A stretch of 64,000 nucleotides of DNA, taken from an uncultured Prevotella sp. (GTDB lineage Bacteria > Bacteroidota > Bacteroidia > Bacteroidales > Bacteroidaceae). Below, one piece after another: positions 50,919-60,205 of the stretch. Each line of letters starts with the position of its first letter. Within the stretch, counting starts at the first letter, position 1. A program made the translations under genes and the position numbers. The stretch lies in the NCBI GenBank assembly GCA_946534285.1, contig CAMNCJ010000007.1:23219-87218 (forward strand), given 5' to 3'. Under the pieces are notes generated by a model. That model did not search any database. It saw only the letters and a list, made by a program, of their open reading frames with translations, and had not been told where the DNA came from.

Positions 50919-52298
50919 TTAATATGCGTTATCATCACCTTTGACAACATCACGTATGGTTTTCAGGATAATGGACACATCCAGCCACATACTCCAGTGT
51001 TCGATATACCAAATGTCCATCTCTACCCTTCGGGCCATATCATCAACGGTCTTCGTTTCGCCCCTCAATCCATGGGTTTGCGCCCATCCGGTAATACCAG
51101 GTTTCACGTAATGCCGAACCATGTAATCCCCTATTCTGGCACTGTAGTATTCCGTATGTGCCAACATATGAGGGCGAGGGCCTACAACACTCATCTCCCC
51201 TTTCAGCACATTGATAAACTGTGGGAGTTCATCGATATTCGCATGTCTGAGTATTTTCCCCCATTGCGGAACACGCGGATCGCCTTTCGTTGCCTGCAGG
51301 TTGTCTGCATCGGCATTCATTTTCATGGAGCGGAATTTATATACCCAGAAATCTTTTCCGTCATATCCAGTCCGTTTCTGCTTAAAGAACACCGGACCAG
51401 GCATTGTTATTTTCGTCACAAGAGCCACAATCAGATAGACAAACGGGAAAACCAGGCAGAGGAAAGGAATCGTAATAACCAGATCGAAGACTCGTTTCTT
51501 AATGCGATTCATCACATTCATCAATGGTTCATTATACTGAGCCAGCACATAAGCATTGCCAAATTCCATGGGTACGGTATGCCTCTCCTTGCTTGAATAA
51601 CTCTCTGGAACATAGTAAACCCTCACCACCTGCTGTTCGCATTCTGTTAGCAACAGGTTAAGCCAGTTGTCATCGTATTTCTCCACCATGGACAGGAACA
51701 ATTCATCAGTCTGCCGATTCTGAATAAAAGGCAACAGGTTTTCCAAAGGCATCACGCCGTCCTTTACAGTATTTCCGAACTCTCCTACTATCTCATAACC
51801 ATTCCATCCGTCTTTCATCTCTGCTTTTACAGAATCCATCATCACGCCATGACCCACTAGTACGGCACGCGAAATGTCATGCCCGGATTTTCTGATATAA
51901 TGCAATATCTTTCGCAGGAACATTCTTTCTATGGTAAGACACACAAAGGCGATGGCAAACACAGTCATAGAGCGGAAGAAACCTGGCACGAAAGCATGTG
52001 TCATACCTAATAGTGCGTCATACACTAATATATATAATAAGGTGGTCTTGAAAGCATTCTTCATCACCGTGGCAGGATTTACCATTCGATGGTGTAAGGT
52101 TATGGGCTCATAAACACGTGCTATCAGATAAGCCACATTGGCTAATAACAAATCGTCAATAACGCTGAATTCCGTTAAGGGCTGCATTGGCCACCAGCCA
52201 AAGAAAGCAGATATAACCAGTGAAATGTCCAGTACCACCCAGTCAATCAGTGATATGGATAAAAGAATCCATGATGATTTATTCGAAACCGACCTCAT
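50919..52298 (-). CDS. wcaJ: Undecaprenyl-phosphate hexose-1-phosphotransferase (WcaJ/WbaP family)
   Basis: KRVFD, F.QKRTG, YKFRSM, DELPQFINVLKGEMSVVGPRP, KPGITGWAQ. Confidence 0.93.
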   Translation of the reverse strand: MRSVSNKSSWILLSISLIDWVVLDISLVISAFFGWWPMQPLTEFSVIDDLLLANVAYLIARVYEPITLHHRMVNPATVMKNAFKTTLLYILVYDALLGMTHAFVPGFFRSMTVFAIAFVCLTIERMFLRKILHYIRKSGHDISRAVLVGHGVMMDSVKAEMKDGWNGYEIVGEFGNTVKDGVMPLENLLPFIQNRQTDELFLSMVEKYDDNWLNLLLTECEQQVVRVYYVPESYSSKERHTVPMEFGNAYVLAQYNEPLMNVMNRIKKRVFDLVITIPFLCLVFPFVYLIVALVTKITMPGPVFFKQKRTGYDGKDFWVYKFRSMKMNADADNLQATKGDPRVPQWGKILRHANIDELPQFINVLKGEMSVVGPRPHMLAHTEYYSARIGDYMVRHYVKPGITGWAQTHGLRGETKTVDDMARRVEMDIWYIEHWSMWLDVSIILKTIRDVVKGDDNAY

Positions 52299-52350
52299 TC
52301 TTTTGTTAATTTTCCCTTGTCACCTAAGTTAATCATGATATTTAGCGATG

Positions 52351-52382
52351 CAAATATATAACAAAAAAAAATATCAGCCAAA
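52351..52382 (-). promoter_or_regulatory. Promoter for wcaJ overlapping the upstream terminator
   Basis: Minus strand TTTG (52379-52382), 20-bp spacer containing a T9 tract, TATATTTG (52351-52358). Confidence 0.55.
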
Positions 52383-52399
52383 TTTTCGGCTGATATTTT
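52363..52399 (-). terminator. Intrinsic terminator ending the Wzy operon
   Basis: AAAATATCAGCC/GGCTGATATTTT stem with a T-tract on the minus strand. Confidence 0.7.
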
Positions 52400-52409
52400 C
52401 AATATTGTC

Positions 52410-53552
52410 TCATGATTTTGGCCTATGATTCATCCTCCATAGCCAGTGCCATACCCTGAAGACAGGTTCCCACATACATTCCGAAGGATACATTCTCATC
52501 AACCGCAAATCTCGCTTTACGCGCTGTATGTTCCTTCCTAAACCAGAATCTCTCATCTTATCGCTGACACGAGAATCATATTTCCCGAAATTGCCCGACT
52601 GCATGATTTCTTCCAAGAGGAATCTTCCCTGCTTTTCGTTGGCAGCCACAATCATCCATTCTTCTGGCATGGCAAGAACTTCATGCAACACCCACATCAC
52701 TGCTGTTGCAAATTTATATATACCTAAGTGTCTGAACAGCCTCGTCGTATCTTCCTTACGCCCTGCCTCGAAACTCTTTTTCAACAAATAGTAATAGTCT
52801 ATCACCTGCCGAAGGCCCAGACCTTCGTTGAAGAAATGGTTTGACAAGTGAACCATCTGGTAGGTTATATTAAAATCCAGAGTCGGAACAATGATAAACC
52901 GCCCTTCTTCTGAAATAGGTTCTGCATGAGAGAACTGGAATGGAGTCTGTTCTTTGAAATACTGTTGAAGCCTTTTATTATGAATCAGATTGTTCATAAA
53001 GGCCGGCCTATAGTGAATCTCCACGGGTGTTCCATTCATATTTGATCCATCCACATGGTGGTAACAATAATGAGTGTTCCCGAGATATTTACGTGAGAAA
53101 GCCAATATAGCATCATCATCAATCCTCAACTCACCATCATCTCCACAGACCACCATCCATAAATCAATGTCTCCAGGGGTTCGCTGCATCATTTCTGGAT
53201 ACATCAAAGCATTACCCTGTCCTTTTAAAATGCACGCCTTATACCCCAACTTGTCAATTCTTCTGCAAGCACTTGCCGCACGATAATTGATTATATGATT
53301 CAACCTTTTCAGTTCGTTTATATCTGCGTACCATCTGAAAAGCAACTCTTTGGGAGGGCGCAACTCATCAGGAAGCCTGCTTATCCCCACAAAACAGACC
53401 CCTATGACAGTCTGCTGAATGCAAATGCCGTGTATGCCCCACCAATCTTCATCCGTAATCGTAAGTTTTTCAAACTCATCACTTGCTCCGACAGAGAACC
53501 TCAATAGTTCGAAAAACTTCTCGTATATATCTTTTTTCATAATATCAATCAA
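52410..53552 (-). CDS. Nucleotidyltransferase family protein (NTP_transf_5-like)
   Basis: ILKGQGNA..YP...R..GDIDL, EIHY, GLGLRQVIDYY. Confidence 0.8.
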   Translation of the reverse strand: MIDIMKKDIYEKFFELLRFSVGASDEFEKLTITDEDWWGIHGICIQQTVIGVCFVGISRLPDELRPPKELLFRWYADINELKRLNHIINYRAASACRRIDKLGYKACILKGQGNALMYPEMMQRTPGDIDLWMVVCGDDGELRIDDDAILAFSRKYLGNTHYCYHHVDGSNMNGTPVEIHYRPAFMNNLIHNKRLQQYFKEQTPFQFSHAEPISEEGRFIIVPTLDFNITYQMVHLSNHFFNEGLGLRQVIDYYYLLKKSFEAGRKEDTTRLFRHLGIYKFATAVMWVLHEVLAMPEEWMIVAANEKQGRFLLEEIMQSGNFGKYDSRVSDKMRDSGLGRNIQRVKRDLRLMRMYPSECMWEPVFRVWHWLWRMNHRPKS

Positions 53553-53607
53553 TCACACCTAATCCGAAACCGCTCCTAACAGATGTCCCGATGCATTACT
53601 GACAAGA

Positions 53608-54366
53608 CTATTTTCCCATCACCTCATGGAAAAGAATGTTCCATACAAACAAAGCATTTCCCACCAAATATCGCTTCCACATCCTTCGCGGCTCTTTCAC
53701 CAGTCGGTATAACCACTCTAATGAATGTTCCTGCCACCATTTGGGGGCTCTTTTGGCAGTGCCTGCAAAGAAATCGAATACGGCGCCTATCGTTCCTACA
53801 TGACAGTCTATGTCCAGTTCGTCCCAGTGAGCATACGTCCATTTCTCTTGCTTCGGGGCAGTCATACCTATCCACAGCAAATCTGGCTGTTCACGGTTTA
53901 CCGCTGCCACCATTGCCTCATTATCCTCCTTAGAAAACACTTTTTTGTATGGAGGAGAATAAGTCACCACATTCAAATGTGGATACACATCCTTCGCCTT
54001 GCGCTTAATCAATGACAGCACATGCTCCGAACTGCCTAAGAACATCACTTTGGGTAATTCTTTCTTTTCTTTATTCCCAGCCGCGGCCTGCGTATTCAGC
54101 CGTTCCATTTCAAAAGCAAACAGGTCCCAACCTGCAATCCGTTCCTTCGGTTGACTCTTGGCATGAATCCATCTGCAGACCTTCACGATACTTGCCCCAT
54201 CAGGAATCAGAGCATCCCCCATCATTAAAGCCTCTGCAAACTGCTCATCTTTCAAGGCCATGTTATACGAATGGGCATTGATGGTGTTGATCAGCAACTT
54301 GCCTTGGGGCAAACTGCTTAAATCTGCCTTACATGACAACACATCGACATCACGGAGTTTTAACAT
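53608..54366 (-). CDS. WecB/TagA/CpsF family glycosyltransferase (GT26)
   Basis: INAHS, PDG, GMTAPKQEKW, GAVFDFFAG...RAP.W....LEWLYRL. Confidence 0.93.
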   Translation of the reverse strand: MLKLRDVDVLSCKADLSSLPQGKLLINTINAHSYNMALKDEQFAEALMMGDALIPDGASIVKVCRWIHAKSQPKERIAGWDLFAFEMERLNTQAAAGNKEKKELPKVMFLGSSEHVLSLIKRKAKDVYPHLNVVTYSPPYKKVFSKEDNEAMVAAVNREQPDLLWIGMTAPKQEKWTYAHWDELDIDCHVGTIGAVFDFFAGTAKRAPKWWQEHSLEWLYRLVKEPRRMWKRYLVGNALFVWNILFHEVMGK

Positions 54367-54910
54367 ACCCTTTTTCCTTTAATAATGCCAGATGCCGTCT
54401 GAGTTCCTCATCTGAGTTGAAACGGTTTTTTATCTTTTTTGCAGGAACACCAGCATAAATACAATATGGATCCGTATCCTTAGTCACTACGCTGCCGGCA
54501 GCAACTATACAACCGTCACTAACAGTCACCCCGCCCATAACAATCGCGCCATACCCTATCCACACATCATTCCCTATTACGGTCATTTCTTCTACGCCTT
54601 TCCATGAATAGTCTTTATCGCGAATCGATTTTGCTAATCGTACTGGTGTTCCAATCTCTTGATAACAATGGTCATGCCTACCAACAATACCCACGTGGTT
54701 AGCCAATATTACCCCATTGCCAATCTTGCAATTTGTCTCTATAACAGAATACTTCCCAATGTAAAAATCATCGCCAATTTCAATGCCATCCCTTGCCCAC
54801 ATAAACACACCTCTCCCACAATGGAAATTCTTTCCAATTTGATATCTGTGCCAAACAACATGTTTCATCCACAGATCACGAATCCTTTTTACGGCAGATA
54901 CCAGTGTCAT
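54350..54910 (-). CDS. Hexapeptide-repeat O-acetyltransferase
   Basis: IGNDVWIGYGAIVMGGVTV.DG.IVAAGSVVTKD. Confidence 0.88.
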   Translation of the reverse strand: MTLVSAVKRIRDLWMKHVVWHRYQIGKNFHCGRGVFMWARDGIEIGDDFYIGKYSVIETNCKIGNGVILANHVGIVGRHDHCYQEIGTPVRLAKSIRDKDYSWKGVEEMTVIGNDVWIGYGAIVMGGVTVSDGCIVAAGSVVTKDTDPYCIYAGVPAKKIKNRFNSDEELRRHLALLKEKGYVKTP

Positions 54911-56082
54911 TTTGAATCTAATACTTCAAGTAAATCTTTCTTTAGATATCTGATTGCATATTTTTCAAATCTCTTGTCATATTCAACGACATTGTTCCTA
55001 TTCAACTTCAATGCCTCAGACATCTTTTCTGCGAAGGTCACTTCATCTCTATTCTCAACAACAAAGCCATTTACACCATTTTTAACCATTTCTTTAGCAC
55101 TGCTGAAATTAGTGACTACGCAAGGTACTCCACATGCACATGCCTCTACCAATGTTGTTGACCATCCCTCCACTAAAGATCCCATGATAAATAAATCTGC
55201 TGCATTCAGGTATAAGGCAATCTCAGAGGGATCTTTCTTTCCTACCAAGATAACAGAATGCTCAAGATGACACGATTCTATGTAGTTCTTGATTTTGTCT
55301 TCATCCTCTCCGTCACCAATGAAATAAAGTTTGGAATCTTCATTTGTACCATGATATATCTGAAATGCATCTACCATTAGTTTCCAACCTTTAAACCATC
55401 CCAAGCGCCCTACCGTAACAAAGATATTTAAACGGTCTTCAATACCGAGTTGTTTCCTACATTTGTCCTGATCTTGATGTTTGTAATACAAGTCATTGAA
55501 ACGTGTTGGGAAAGGTGTCACATCACTTGTCTTAATTCTTCCTTTGCTCCTTTCTGAAAAACTCTTTCTTGCATCAAGGTCTGCCGCAGCAAGCAGCCAT
55601 CTCACTTTCTCTGCCTTCGGCATTAAGAAAAAGCGGTCATACACTCCAGCCAATCTTCTTGCCCAAGGATATCTCGATATAGAAAGCGGATTCTCAATCC
55701 CAGGCAAGATAAAACAAGTCCTGCTAAGATAATTCTTGGGAATAAAATAAGTCACCTCTGGTGCATGTGTCAGAATCACATCAAAATCCTTCCTTCTCAG
55801 TATCCTTTTAATATGCTTTTTTATATGGATGCAATTGGTTATTCGTTCAGGAATTAACGGGCGTTTTGAAGCAGGGGTTATGTGCGCCATCGTATAAAAA
55901 TCAAACTGACATCCATTCATTTCGCGCTTTTCCCATTCTCCGACTTCTCCAGTCCCGTCTGTGGTAATGCCAGCCAACAACAAATCATTTCCAAAAGCAG
56001 GCAACATGTTTCTATAGAAATTCATGATGCCCCCAGTAGGATAATCAGTAAAATTGACGTTATCAATGACTAGTATTCTCAT
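54907..56082 (-). CDS. GT4 family glycosyltransferase
   Basis: VGRLGWFKG, EGWSTTLVEACACG (Ex7E). Confidence 0.9.
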   Translation of the reverse strand: MRILVIDNVNFTDYPTGGIMNFYRNMLPAFGNDLLLAGITTDGTGEVGEWEKREMNGCQFDFYTMAHITPASKRPLIPERITNCIHIKKHIKRILRRKDFDVILTHAPEVTYFIPKNYLSRTCFILPGIENPLSISRYPWARRLAGVYDRFFLMPKAEKVRWLLAAADLDARKSFSERSKGRIKTSDVTPFPTRFNDLYYKHQDQDKCRKQLGIEDRLNIFVTVGRLGWFKGWKLMVDAFQIYHGTNEDSKLYFIGDGEDEDKIKNYIESCHLEHSVILVGKKDPSEIALYLNAADLFIMGSLVEGWSTTLVEACACGVPCVVTNFSSAKEMVKNGVNGFVVENRDEVTFAEKMSEALKLNRNNVVEYDKRFEKYAIRYLKKDLLEVLDSK

Positions 56083-57316
56083 CTGCATTACTAATTGATG
56101 CATGTTCCTTCCGAACCACGTCTCTATTTACAATAACAATCCTGCGTCTTTTCTTGATGTCATTCTCTCCTGCACGGATGCACATGGCTAACAACATGAA
56201 ATAGCCCATTCCTTTTCCTGAAAGATAAGATGTGTCTGCCGTACTCTCCAATGCCAATGCCAAGATACACATCAATCCTATCTTATAATAGACTCTTTCC
56301 TTCTTGCTGGCCACCTCCTTATATCTTCTCACCCAAAACCACAGGAAAAAGAAAATACCCACCAGCCCGAACTGAGCCAACGTGGGGTAATAGGCATCGG
56401 CCAAGAACATCGGGTTATCTGGAGACAAGCCCCAAACTTCATCCAGTTTGTACTTATAATACAATGGGGAATAATGCACTGCCGCAGCATTCGTGGCGAA
56501 AGAAGCGTATCCACTGCCAAAAGGTACATAGTCTTTCAAGATGATGTCTCCCGCCACGGTATAACTGGCAGGACGGGCATTCATCTGTCCGACCTCATCT
56601 TTCGAAAGCCCTTCTACATAATATGCATTAAACTTTGTCCAAGTAAAAAAGATAATTATCACGGCCAATGCGACCAATTGCAAGACACTCTTTGCTGATT
56701 TTATATTGAGTTTATTCTTTAAGAAAAAGAAGACACCGATGAATGCGAGTATCTCACCATATACTTTCGATTTTCCAGAAAGCAACCCCACAGCAACTAT
56801 TAACAATGCCACCCATCTGTTTTCCCCTCTATCACCATAGCAGAATAAGAACAACATTGCTAACATCAAAGATGCCTGTCCAATTACAGGAGTCTCTAAG
56901 CCGTATGTAGAAACACTTGAACCTATAAAACCCAATGCGACGTAAAGCACCAAACATGCCCCGAGAATCACTATCATTAAGTTCTTTTGCCAACGTTTGA
57001 ATATGGGAGCCAACAAATAAGTACAATAAAAAACGATGTAGGGCCTCACCTGTTGTTGAATATCTAACAAAATAGCATTTGTGGAATTGATTTTTAATGA
57101 CAAAGAATACGCAAAATATAATGCAACTAACACCACATACACAACAATTTCTTTTTGTGCTTTAGACGAACTTCTCTTATTCAGTTTTGTCAACGTAAAA
57201 GCGGCTAATATGAGAGTCATAACCTCATCCACATAGTCGTTCACCAGATCATAGAACAAAATGGAAAATGGAATATATAGAATCCAAAACCACGTAAAGA
57301 ATGTACTAATTCTCAT
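56063..57316 (-). CDS. Wzy-like polymerase / O-antigen ligase membrane protein
   Basis: Many TM segments, periplasmic loop with NARPASY and PFGSGYASF; position in operon. Confidence 0.7.
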   Translation of the reverse strand: MRISTFFTWFWILYIPFSILFYDLVNDYVDEVMTLILAAFTLTKLNKRSSSKAQKEIVVYVVLVALYFAYSLSLKINSTNAILLDIQQQVRPYIVFYCTYLLAPIFKRWQKNLMIVILGACLVLYVALGFIGSSVSTYGLETPVIGQASLMLAMLFLFCYGDRGENRWVALLIVAVGLLSGKSKVYGEILAFIGVFFFLKNKLNIKSAKSVLQLVALAVIIIFFTWTKFNAYYVEGLSKDEVGQMNARPASYTVAGDIILKDYVPFGSGYASFATNAAAVHYSPLYYKYKLDEVWGLSPDNPMFLADAYYPTLAQFGLVGIFFFLWFWVRRYKEVASKKERVYYKIGLMCILALALESTADTSYLSGKGMGYFMLLAMCIRAGENDIKKRRRIVIVNRDVVRKEHASISNADENTSH

Positions 57317-57326
57317 ATTATCTGTA

Positions 57327-58100
57327 TTACTTTATCCTATATCTATTTCTCTTATATTTATTCAACAACACAAGAACTGGCTCTGGCATATAATGGCGAA
57401 GGTAGTCTTTGACACTTTTTCCTTTTTTTTCATCCCATGACGCCATATACCGATGAATTGTTCTTGTATTCTCGGTTATATGTAGCCTTCCGGTAACAAC
57501 ACTAATCGGAGCAAAGTATTCGCTGGGGTATATTGTTATACCGCTAACTTCTTGTATTCCTTTAATATTCTGAAGACCAAATTCTTGCAACACTTCTGTT
57601 GTATATGCAACAATAGTTTTGGTATATGGATTCAATTCTTTTATTTCAAAAGAAAGGTCCTGGTAATAGTTTAGCAAACGTTCCATCACACGATTTCCTC
57701 TTTCCACTCCAAACCCCAAGCCTAAAGCAACAGAATATGCGAACCTTGGAGCATATTTAAGTGGACTGTTCTCCCCGTCAGGATCTAACTCGAATCCCAT
57801 GAATGGTCCTTTCGCAATAATATCATCCAACGGCCGGATTATTTCAACATCTGTATCGAAATACAGGCCTCCATGTTGATATAGAATCCAAAATCTGGCA
57901 TAATCACTCACAAATGCATACTTTTTTTGTTTATATGCCTCTGCCGTATAGGGAATGATGTTCACGTCAAAGTTATCTTCATTCCACTCCTTGATTTCAT
58001 AATCTGGCAGGAACTTTCTCCATGATGCGATGCACTTCTGTGCCAAAGGGGGCAATGGATTGCGTCCAAACCAGCAATAATGTATGATTTTGGGAATCAT
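57327..58100 (-). CDS. GT32-like DXD glycosyltransferase
   Basis: MIPKIIHYCWFG, AFVSDYARF, GGLYFDTDVE. Confidence 0.92.
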   Translation of the reverse strand: MIPKIIHYCWFGRNPLPPLAQKCIASWRKFLPDYEIKEWNEDNFDVNIIPYTAEAYKQKKYAFVSDYARFWILYQHGGLYFDTDVEIIRPLDDIIAKGPFMGFELDPDGENSPLKYAPRFAYSVALGLGFGVERGNRVMERLLNYYQDLSFEIKELNPYTKTIVAYTTEVLQEFGLQNIKGIQEVSGITIYPSEYFAPISVVTGRLHITENTRTIHRYMASWDEKKGKSVKDYLRHYMPEPVLVLLNKYKRNRYRIK

Positions 58101-59041
58101 AGGATATTATACTTCTTCAATTCTTGCAAACAATCCTGGACATAATTCATCCTTTTTGTCCAGTCAGACAAATTGATGGCCACATCCCAGTTTTTATCAA
58201 CGAGACTCTGATACGCTCCAATATTGGAAAGAATATCCATGATTTGGGTTTTCTCTCTCCCTTTTTCTAATTGTACCACAGGATCATAACCCATCAAGTC
58301 TGTCAATTCTTTCGGGGCTCTGCCGACCATGATACACCTTGAGAGCATGCATTCCCAATAACGTTGCGTCAGGGTTTCGATGTCGCCGGCTATTTCTGGT
58401 TGTGTATCGCAACGTGGAAAGGTGATGCATATTTTGGTATCAGCCAGTGCTGAACGAAACTCTTCGTCGCTTTCAAACAGATGCTTTCCGTCTCGGCTAT
58501 GCAAATGGTTCACGGTTTCTGGCAATTGCACATCAAAGACCTGCTTGTTCGCGCGTCCGAATTCCAAGATGTCAATAGTTCTTTCTGTTAAGGCTTTCCC
58601 TTCTGAATACAAAGACGAGTCTACTCCTTCCGGAACGTAGTAAATATTCATCTTGGGGAATCGGTTTCTCATTCTATCAGCCGTTTGAGAAGATGTGAAA
58701 AAGGCTGTCTTTACATCATGTTTGACAAACCACGCACAGACTTTCTCAAAATACTTCGGCCAGCAGTCCCAAATAAACGGGATGATTTCATAATGGCTGT
58801 AATCGGGAAATGTGTCGAAACTGATACTGACGGGTTCTACAAATCGCAGTCTGGCCTCCTTTTTATTCTTCCAGATGGTTGGCAACTCATATCGGTAAGC
58901 GAAATGATGCGCCCACCGCGGTGGATAATGGCTCTCAGCCACTTGTCCGCCTGCCTTTACCCACGCTTCAAATGCCTTCGTTTTGAAGTTGATGCCATGA
59001 GGATGGCGATATGGTTCTACTGCCCTTACGAGTTTTTTCAT
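58097..59041 (-). CDS. Putative glycosyltransferase (GT-B C-terminal-like domain), first gene of operon
   Basis: YYVPEGVD, TLTQRYWECMLSRC..VG; ATG at 59041 preferred. Confidence 0.55.
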   Translation of the reverse strand: MKKLVRAVEPYRHPHGINFKTKAFEAWVKAGGQVAESHYPPRWAHHFAYRYELPTIWKNKKEARLRFVEPVSISFDTFPDYSHYEIIPFIWDCWPKYFEKVCAWFVKHDVKTAFFTSSQTADRMRNRFPKMNIYYVPEGVDSSLYSEGKALTERTIDILEFGRANKQVFDVQLPETVNHLHSRDGKHLFESDEEFRSALADTKICITFPRCDTQPEIAGDIETLTQRYWECMLSRCIMVGRAPKELTDLMGYDPVVQLEKGREKTQIMDILSNIGAYQSLVDKNWDVAINLSDWTKRMNYVQDCLQELKKYNIL

Positions 59042-59287
59042 GTATTCTGTAACTATCAACTTGTGGAAGTGTTATGCGATATCACATTCCAGCAGGTGTT
59101 CTGCTTCATTCATGAAAAACGGACATAACGGTATCTGTATGATTATTACGGACATAACTACCCAATCCCACAAGTTGTGGAATCTCGGTGAAACGGGTAT
59201 CACGCACTTGAGTGATTAGGTATTTCCGCAGATGAGCATCCTATAAATAAATGCTCGCAGAATCGCACAATTACCGCTATGCATCTG

Positions 59288-59318
59288 CAAAGATACGAAT
59301 AAGCGAGAGAAATACAAA
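59288..59318 (-). promoter_or_regulatory. Promoter for the Wzy operon, formed by repeat unit 1
   Basis: Minus strand TTTG (59315-59318), 19-bp spacer, TATCTTTG (59288-59295). Confidence 0.6.
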
Positions 59319-59520
59319 ATAAAAAACATTTTTTTATTTTAATTTCCGAGCGAGAGTATCTTATTTAAAGATACGAATAAGTGAGAACAAAACAAAGGAA
59401 AACATCGTTTTTCTTTGATTTGTCGAGCGAAAGTATCTTATTTAAAGGTACGAATAAGTGAGAGAAATACAAAATAAAAATCATTTTTATTTCAAATTTC
59501 AGAGCGAGAGTATCATATTT
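59289..59520. repeat. Tandem array of three 77-78-bp hairpin-containing units; a degenerate fourth unit lies at ~60092-60150
   Basis: Units start at 59289, 59367 and 59444 with AAAGRTACGAATAAGYGAGA...GAGCGARAGTATCWTATTT. Confidence 0.9.
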
Positions 59521-59521
59521 A

Positions 59522-60090
59522 AAACGTGAATTCATCGCAAGACTTCTGCTATTTGCTTCCCCTTGTCGATGATATCAATATGCACTGACGGTTTCTCTGG
59601 CAGCAGATCCATATACGATGAAAAGCGCGGAAACGCGCTACTCTTGTGTATGAAATTGTCATAGAAAATCCGAGTTTGGGGCTCTCATACGAGCGACATT
59701 GGGCACAAACGATTAATTGGGCGAGAAATACGCGAGTTTCAAGATAATTCCTGCAATTCGCTGACAGACAATTAATTACACCGAAAACAGAATTTTCTAT
59801 AACGAAGAAATCAGATGTCTGCTGAAAAAAGCATAGGTTTTGGGTTGTAAAAACATAGGTTTTGAGGGGCGAAACCATAGTTTTTGGACAGTGAAACCTA
59901 TATTTTTGAAAGGTAAAAGCATAGGTTTTGCGCGTCGTAACATGTGTCACGGTAATGAATCTTTACATTTTCAAGTTTCCAACGCCCACTATTTCAAAAA
60001 TCGATTTCTATTTCGAAGGAAAACAGCAACATGATTTTGTCGTGTTTTTTCAAATCATCAGCATGTCGTTTCGCCGAACTCACATTATCA
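59522..60090 (-). mobile_element. MITE-like non-coding insert with imperfect terminal inverted repeats; core 59650-60071 is copy 2 of the 420-bp element
   Basis: Left end AAACGTGAATTC, right end (reverse complement) AATGTGAGTTCGG; sits at a junction of the 78-bp array; five 22-bp repeats at 59825-59930. Confidence 0.45.
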
Positions 60091-60205
60091 GAAGATACGA
60101 AGGAGCGAGAGAAAAGCATGATAAAAAACATTATTTATTTTCTTTTCCGAATAAGATACGCAAATAAATGATTACCTTTGCACGGAAAATACGAGAACAA
60201 GAAAC

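Noticed and set aside
59289-59520. 78-bp array as a CRISPR array
   Set aside because: The variable parts are related to each other and self-complementary (units 1 and 3 are nearly identical), and no cas genes are present.
59549-59950. 133-aa ORF in the repeat element as a real protein
   Set aside because: The homologous frame in copy 1 stops after 44 codons (TAA 13313-13315) and frame is not preserved across the 22-bp repeats.
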